NCBI GenBank assembly: GCA_036337435.1
Contig: JAYZEG010000008.1
Coordinates: forward strand, 1-64,000
Direction: 5' to 3'
Origin: Myxococcota bacterium
GTDB taxonomy: Bacteria; Myxococcota_A; Bradymonadia; UBA7976; UBA1532
Length of the DNA: 64,000 nt
The first letter of the stretch is position 1. Each line of letters starts with the position of its first letter. Both the position numbers and the translations under genes were made by a program. The notes beneath the pieces are model-generated. The model made no database searches and was not told the origin of the DNA. It saw nothing but the letters and a program-made list of their open reading frames with translations. This document shows, piece by piece, positions 60,601 through 64,000 of this stretch.

Positions 60601-61101
60601 CTGGACTTACAGCGCTACGACGAGGCATACGACTATTACATGCGAAGTCATGATCTACTCGCTCGAGTGGGACACACTGATCGGTTTACAAGCCTTGGAT
60701 ACGCTGCGGTCTGTCTCGCTCAATTAGGTGACTATGATGGCGCGCTCGAAAATTATCACAGTTTCACAACAGGCTTGCGCAACTCTGGTCGCTTACTCTC
60801 AGCACGCCTTGGACAGCCATTTATGTTAGGGGCCTTGGCTCGGGTGGGAGAATGGACCCAGTGGGATGAAATCCTCATCGACTTTACCGACCTGGTTAAA
60901 CGAAACGGGTACAGCATCATCTTCGCACGCGTTGTCGAATTGTCCGTCCCTCATTTGCTTGACCTGCGCCAATGGGGCCGAACTAAAAAATTACTGGATG
61001 TGCTCATCCGTGTTTACGAAGCGCAGGGTGGAGAAGACGATCTCGAAAGATTGCGAACCCGTTACCCAGACGCGCTGGAGCGGGCCCTGCCACCAACATA
61101 A
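57607..61101 (+). CDS. Hanks-type Ser/Thr kinase - STAND-type ATPase - TPR protein
   Basis: GQGTTASV, VAIK, HRDIKPQN, DFG, YMAPEQ; FVGRENE, Walker A GSAGSGKS, Walker B ILIEDAQW, GNPLF; helical repeats at the C-terminus. Confidence 0.93.
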   Translation: MAGQLGPFMLEKPVGQGTTASVWRGHHQETGTPVAIKVIPMAAETKDSDIYRYRAEVRSIARIVHRGVVRIYDEGVVTGIDTVGEADESLVGSPYIVMEWAEDGTLAQHPPLSHWGDLKRILLSVLDALAAAHARGVIHRDIKPQNILLSAGRAILTDFGIAFERHSPISDPHLSQVMGSPNYMAPEQVLCRWREFGPWTDLYSVGCVAWFLTTGHAPFKRQRSRDVLVAHVKDDPPIFTPFFELPQGFEAWTRRLLAKRPTNRFRFAADAAAALERLEDAPSTTKHHTSSLTVEPGKRRDERLSRMELGPSITALSSFSSPAPTLTPKLAADWRRPENIASANDPLIGIGLSVFTRTEGAFVGRENERDLLWNNFHAVARAKASRACFISGSAGSGKSALSRWFVSRLHESGAAEILLCRHQNGQDSLDSLRKMVENYFTAWDLDESERLRHLRQRLRRWESTELAAELNAFIDAGQRVGIAKQTIALVSEKERYMTLCRLVHALSRERPVVILIEDAQWGEFALEWAKYALSDHADLNVLWLFTWRSNADRDHLEAQTSKFAIQSLDVCDDIDLKPLGANEARALIQARLQLDDTSLDALVERADGNPLFAELLVEHWIREGRLDWTGAGFRVSDLTSSRLPDSVHELWQKRLSWTGLLDNSNQQWALELAAVLGQQFWRNTWISACQLAQVPRAKSVLATLEQNGLLRREEDGQFCFVHALLNESILRLAQDGQRLRRWHAACAQALMVETPTIWYQVARHQAGAERYEDAVASLRHDIEHRHMIGDLKGRSERLVQMIKYLRLARVPRTDLRWAYVRINWGSNHGSLGVQTSALRHARNARRYLDQECEAHRALYAEAALGEGLAVKFVYNHRTALDYVVHARDAAVRSEDRALEFESRRLHSSLLRELGELALSAEEFIHIQALMKGDWLQRLPTHKRQYVEINFHLESTKQAWLSGEHEQALHYAREAETLALRSGARSRSGLALNFAGRVLLDLQRYDEAYDYYMRSHDLLARVGHTDRFTSLGYAAVCLAQLGDYDGALENYHSFTTGLRNSGRLLSARLGQPFMLGALARVGEWTQWDEILIDFTDLVKRNGYSIIFARVVELSVPHLLDLRQWGRTKKLLDVLIRVYEAQGGEDDLERLRTRYPDALERALPPT

Positions 61102-61218
61102 CTTCATCGAGTTCCCCTCACTTCACATCGACACATAGGCAACGCGACCCCCACAACCGTCCGCCCCAGACGAATCGTTCAATATCGTAGCCTGTGTAGC
61201 GAACCAGAAAAACATCTA

Positions 61219-61262
61219 TTAATAACTTTTGATTATCAATCTAATCAAAATTAATAACTTTT
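61219..61262. promoter_or_regulatory. AT-rich operator-like element (inverted + direct repeats)
   Basis: TTTTGATTA-N6-TAATCAAAA (61227-61250); direct repeat TTAATAACTTTT at 61219-61230 and 61251-61262. Confidence 0.5.
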
Positions 61263-61318
61263 TTAAAAATCGATAAATCAATAGGCTGACTGCGGTTCTT
61301 GAACACAGGAGTACAAGA

Positions 61319-62269
61319 GTGATTTTATTTGCCAGCCTAAGACTCAACCAGTCCTTGATTCTCATCAGCAGCGTCTTGTTCGCAATGACAAGCCTGTCGG
61401 ACGCAAGAGCGTTCTGTAAGGGAGGTATTTCCGTCATCGATGGAGAGCGTCACGGAGATACAGTTGAACTTGAAACCATTCTGACGCGGCCGGATAGACA
61501 ACGAAAACTGAGAACGTGGACAGTGGATATCAAAATCGCCAAACGATGCTTCAGACGAAGTAGGTCATCGAAACCGGTGCTCAAAATTAAGTCGGCCTCC
61601 AATACGAGTCAGCTCATTCCGCAATACGGTCACCATAAAGGCTCGCTCTCCGATGGGGTCACAACCTACCAATTGAGGGTAGATCGAGAGGTCGCAGCCT
61701 CAGGTGAAACGGAAACCGTGTTGGTTTTGGTTGAAGGTGAAAAGGAGCTTGATCGCATCCGTATCGTTCGGATTCATCTGATGAATTGGTCCAGCGGATT
61801 CAGACTGGGCGTCCAATATGAAGGCTACTCACCAAACGGAGCCGGCTCTGATCAAAGCCTTTGGCATGGCCCGTCGGTCCAGTTTTTTCTAGGGTCATGG
61901 ATCGATCAAAGAAATCGGCGCCGACCGAGCCACGGTCAAGTGTACTGGAAGACAAGTCTCCTAAGCCGCGCGGAGGGTGGTGAACTGAGTTTGATCTATG
62001 GGTTTGGAACACAGGTTTCGTTCGAACCGGACGCCTTGCGGCGCTGGATGATCCCTACATTCGGCATCGACATTGGTGGGATATACGGTCTTAATCAAGA
62101 AACGCGTTCTCACAGCTTTCAGCTGACACCTCAGCTCGGGATCCTGATTTACTCTTCACCTCGATTCACAATCTCAAGTCGAATGGGGTACATACTGCCT
62201 ATGGTGAGCGCCCTTGAACGCCATAGAGGATTTATCGGCAGCCTGGGAGCGAGTGTAGACATATGGTGA
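61319..62269 (+). CDS. Hypothetical exported protein with C-terminal beta-barrel-like region
   Basis: SD AGGAG before GTG; signal peptide ending ARA; C-terminal amphipathic strands ending in W. Confidence 0.7.
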   Translation: MILFASLRLNQSLILISSVLFAMTSLSDARAFCKGGISVIDGERHGDTVELETILTRPDRQRKLRTWTVDIKIAKRCFRRSRSSKPVLKIKSASNTSQLIPQYGHHKGSLSDGVTTYQLRVDREVAASGETETVLVLVEGEKELDRIRIVRIHLMNWSSGFRLGVQYEGYSPNGAGSDQSLWHGPSVQFFLGSWIDQRNRRRPSHGQVYWKTSLLSRAEGGELSLIYGFGTQVSFEPDALRRWMIPTFGIDIGGIYGLNQETRSHSFQLTPQLGILIYSSPRFTISSRMGYILPMVSALERHRGFIGSLGASVDIW

Positions 62270-62346
62270 GACAAGGCGAACTTGTGAGTCGAACCAAATG
62301 AGTTGCCACAAACCGTAGGGGCCGTGCACATACCAGATGAAAGGCA

Positions 62347-62374
62347 TGTAAACCGTTTAAGGGTGGCTCGCGTC
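62347..62374 (+). promoter_or_regulatory. ECF sigma-type (likely autoregulatory) promoter TGTAAACC-N16-CGTC
   Basis: TGTAAACCGTT-TAAGGGTGGCTC-GCGTC about 30 nt before the sigma start; same motif at 22650-22677(-). Confidence 0.78.
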
Positions 62375-62403
62375 TATGTTGATGTTGGTAAAGAGGAGCA
62401 GGT

Positions 62404-62943
62404 TTGTCGAACGAGGCTGAAATGGCGGTATGCGCGCGGACTAAGGCTGAGCTGTTCAGTGATTTTGTTAGTCGGTATCGACTGTCGGCGATTCGTTTGG
62501 CGTGGCGATTGCTCGGTCGACACAAAGCGGCTGCTGAAGATGTTGCTCAACACGCTTTTGCGAAGGCGTGGCATCGTATCGATCAGTACCGCGGAGAAGC
62601 GCAAATTAAAACTTGGTTTAATCGCATCTTGATCAACCAAGTTCGAAGCTATCTCCGATGGGCTTCAGTCCGAGAGCGAGCACGTTTTTTTATGGGTCCG
62701 GCTAAAATCATCCACCCGTTGGAAAATGACCACGCTCTGGCACAACGCATTGAAATTGCACTCCAGCAGCTCACCCAGAGCCAGCGTGAGGTTTTCACCC
62801 TTGTTTATTTGGAAGGCCTGTCTGTTCCTGAAGCGGCTGATGTTCTCAGAAAAGCCCCCGGGACTCTCAAGTCTCATCTTTTTCGAGCGATTAGAAAACT
62901 GAGGCAGGAACTGGCTGACCTAGAGCAAGACCTGTTCTGGTAG
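62404..62943 (+). CDS. ECF-type RNA polymerase sigma factor
   Basis: SD AGAGGAG + TTG; region 2 AAEDVAQHAF...KTWFNRILIN; region 4 QREVFTLVYLEGLSVPEAADVL...GTLKSHLFRA. Confidence 0.93.
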   Translation: MSNEAEMAVCARTKAELFSDFVSRYRLSAIRLAWRLLGRHKAAAEDVAQHAFAKAWHRIDQYRGEAQIKTWFNRILINQVRSYLRWASVRERARFFMGPAKIIHPLENDHALAQRIEIALQQLTQSQREVFTLVYLEGLSVPEAADVLRKAPGTLKSHLFRAIRKLRQELADLEQDLFW

Positions 62944-63007
62944 TGGTGTCGCGGCCTTGAGCACACCGCTCAACGTATAGTTTGGACCGAGCGGTCTCAG
63001 AGCCTAC

Positions 63008-63895
63008 TTAGTTGCAATTATTTGAACAATTCCGCCGAGCGCGCCTCCGACGTTGGGCACAGCTAACCTCAGAGCCGCCATTGGATAAGCAAACAGCCTC
63101 GATCCTTTCGCTCCGTTCGACGCACGCCTCCGCACATGCTTCAGGATCGTCAACATCCACGCCACTCCGGTTTCTACATTCGTCTCGGACACAGGTTCGT
63201 AAAGCCCCTCGACCGCGCTGTATGCAATCCTCCGCCGTTCCCCCACTCGCCCTGCAGTCCTCGACCAGCCTATCGGCCTGACCCCGGCAATCGTCACGAC
63301 AGTCATCATCCGCACCACCCACGTTGCCGTCGCCCATGCGTCCACAGTCACGTCTGACGCAGCTCCTTACGTTGATTCGATGCTGCCGTTCGCAGTCGGC
63401 GTCGGACCCGCCTGCGTTTGTACACTCGGAAGCCAATGCCTCTGCCTGCTCCCGACACGAAGTTCGGCATTCAGCCTCGGTACCCTCCATATTGCCGCCC
63501 CTCATCATGCCGCCACATACGTCCTGTACGCAGGAACGCATGGCCACTCGACGCTGTTGTTCGCATTCACTGTCTGATCCGCCAGACGCATGACAATCCG
63601 AACCAAATCGGGCAGCACGCTCTCCACATTCAGCCCGGCAATCCACGTCTATGGTTCCATCATTGACCTGATTTAAGCCGCCATCTTGGATTGGTTCGGG
63701 TGCACTGTCATGGCCCAAAACCATACCTCCCGAGTCAGCTCCGGGCATCCCGCGGTTCAAACTGCCATCAATGGCACTCGATGATTCGTTAGAGAGGCCC
63801 CCGTCCCATTCCAAACTCTGCTCATCCATTGAGCAACCGAAAAACCAGAAGGTCATTAATCCGAGGATAAGCCTCATATTAGCTCTATTTTTCAT
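63008..63895 (-). CDS. Lipoprotein with four 6-Cys repeats
   Basis: Lipobox FFG-C; four copies of C-x3-C-x10-C-x9-C-x10-C-x3/4-C. Confidence 0.88.
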   Translation of the reverse strand: MKNRANMRLILGLMTFWFFGCSMDEQSLEWDGGLSNESSSAIDGSLNRGMPGADSGGMVLGHDSAPEPIQDGGLNQVNDGTIDVDCRAECGERAARFGSDCHASGGSDSECEQQRRVAMRSCVQDVCGGMMRGGNMEGTEAECRTSCREQAEALASECTNAGGSDADCERQHRINVRSCVRRDCGRMGDGNVGGADDDCRDDCRGQADRLVEDCRASGGTAEDCIQRGRGALRTCVRDECRNRSGVDVDDPEACAEACVERSERIEAVCLSNGGSEVSCAQRRRRARRNCSNNCN

Positions 63896-64000
63896 ACTGC
63901 CTTCCTTCTTTTGCCTTACACAGACTCACTGCGTAGCGTGTGGACTCATGCCGCACAGGGGTTTACAGCCAACCCAGAAAATCTCATTGAATACCTGAAC

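Noticed and set aside
1..64000. tRNA, rRNA, tmRNA, SRP RNA, RNase P RNA, IS elements, prophage
   Set aside because: No diagnostic signatures recognised by eye; a covariance-model scan would be needed to exclude RNAs fully.

Overview
A gene-dense, mid-GC (about 50-55% by eye) bacterial chromosomal segment with about 46 credible CDSs. No rRNA, tRNA, CRISPR array, transposase or integrase was recognised. Large Cys-rich lipoproteins, a kinase-STAND-TPR protein and a cytochrome c/Cu-monooxygenase suggest a Myxococcota/Bradymonadia-like organism, probably from a sunlit aquatic habitat (inference). Contents: GH13 alpha-glucosidase, SSS sugar symporter and eboA-eboB; a Cu-monooxygenase; tpx; a giant beta-helix lipoprotein with YPMGEW repeats; two DASH-type cryptochromes; acyl-CoA dehydrogenase; purF; a HAAT ABC transporter with an embedded acyl-CoA ligase; tex; GPx and GST; a DNA-repair cluster (nei, DUF2256/3253, HNH, AlkA-like, lhr, nei2); and an ECF sigma factor. 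Two observations stand out. (1) An identical ECF-type promoter, TGTAAACCGTT-N12-GCGTC, sits in front of both the orphan ECF sigma (62.4 kb) and an orphan anti-sigma-like + Spy/CpxP pair 40 kb away, suggesting a physically split ECF system. (2) A cryptochrome paralogue that keeps the FAD/Trp-triad motifs but has lost lesion-binding residues lies directly upstream of a soluble histidine kinase with no recognisable sensor, a candidate blue-light signalling module. All family assignments come from motif recognition by eye, not from database searches.
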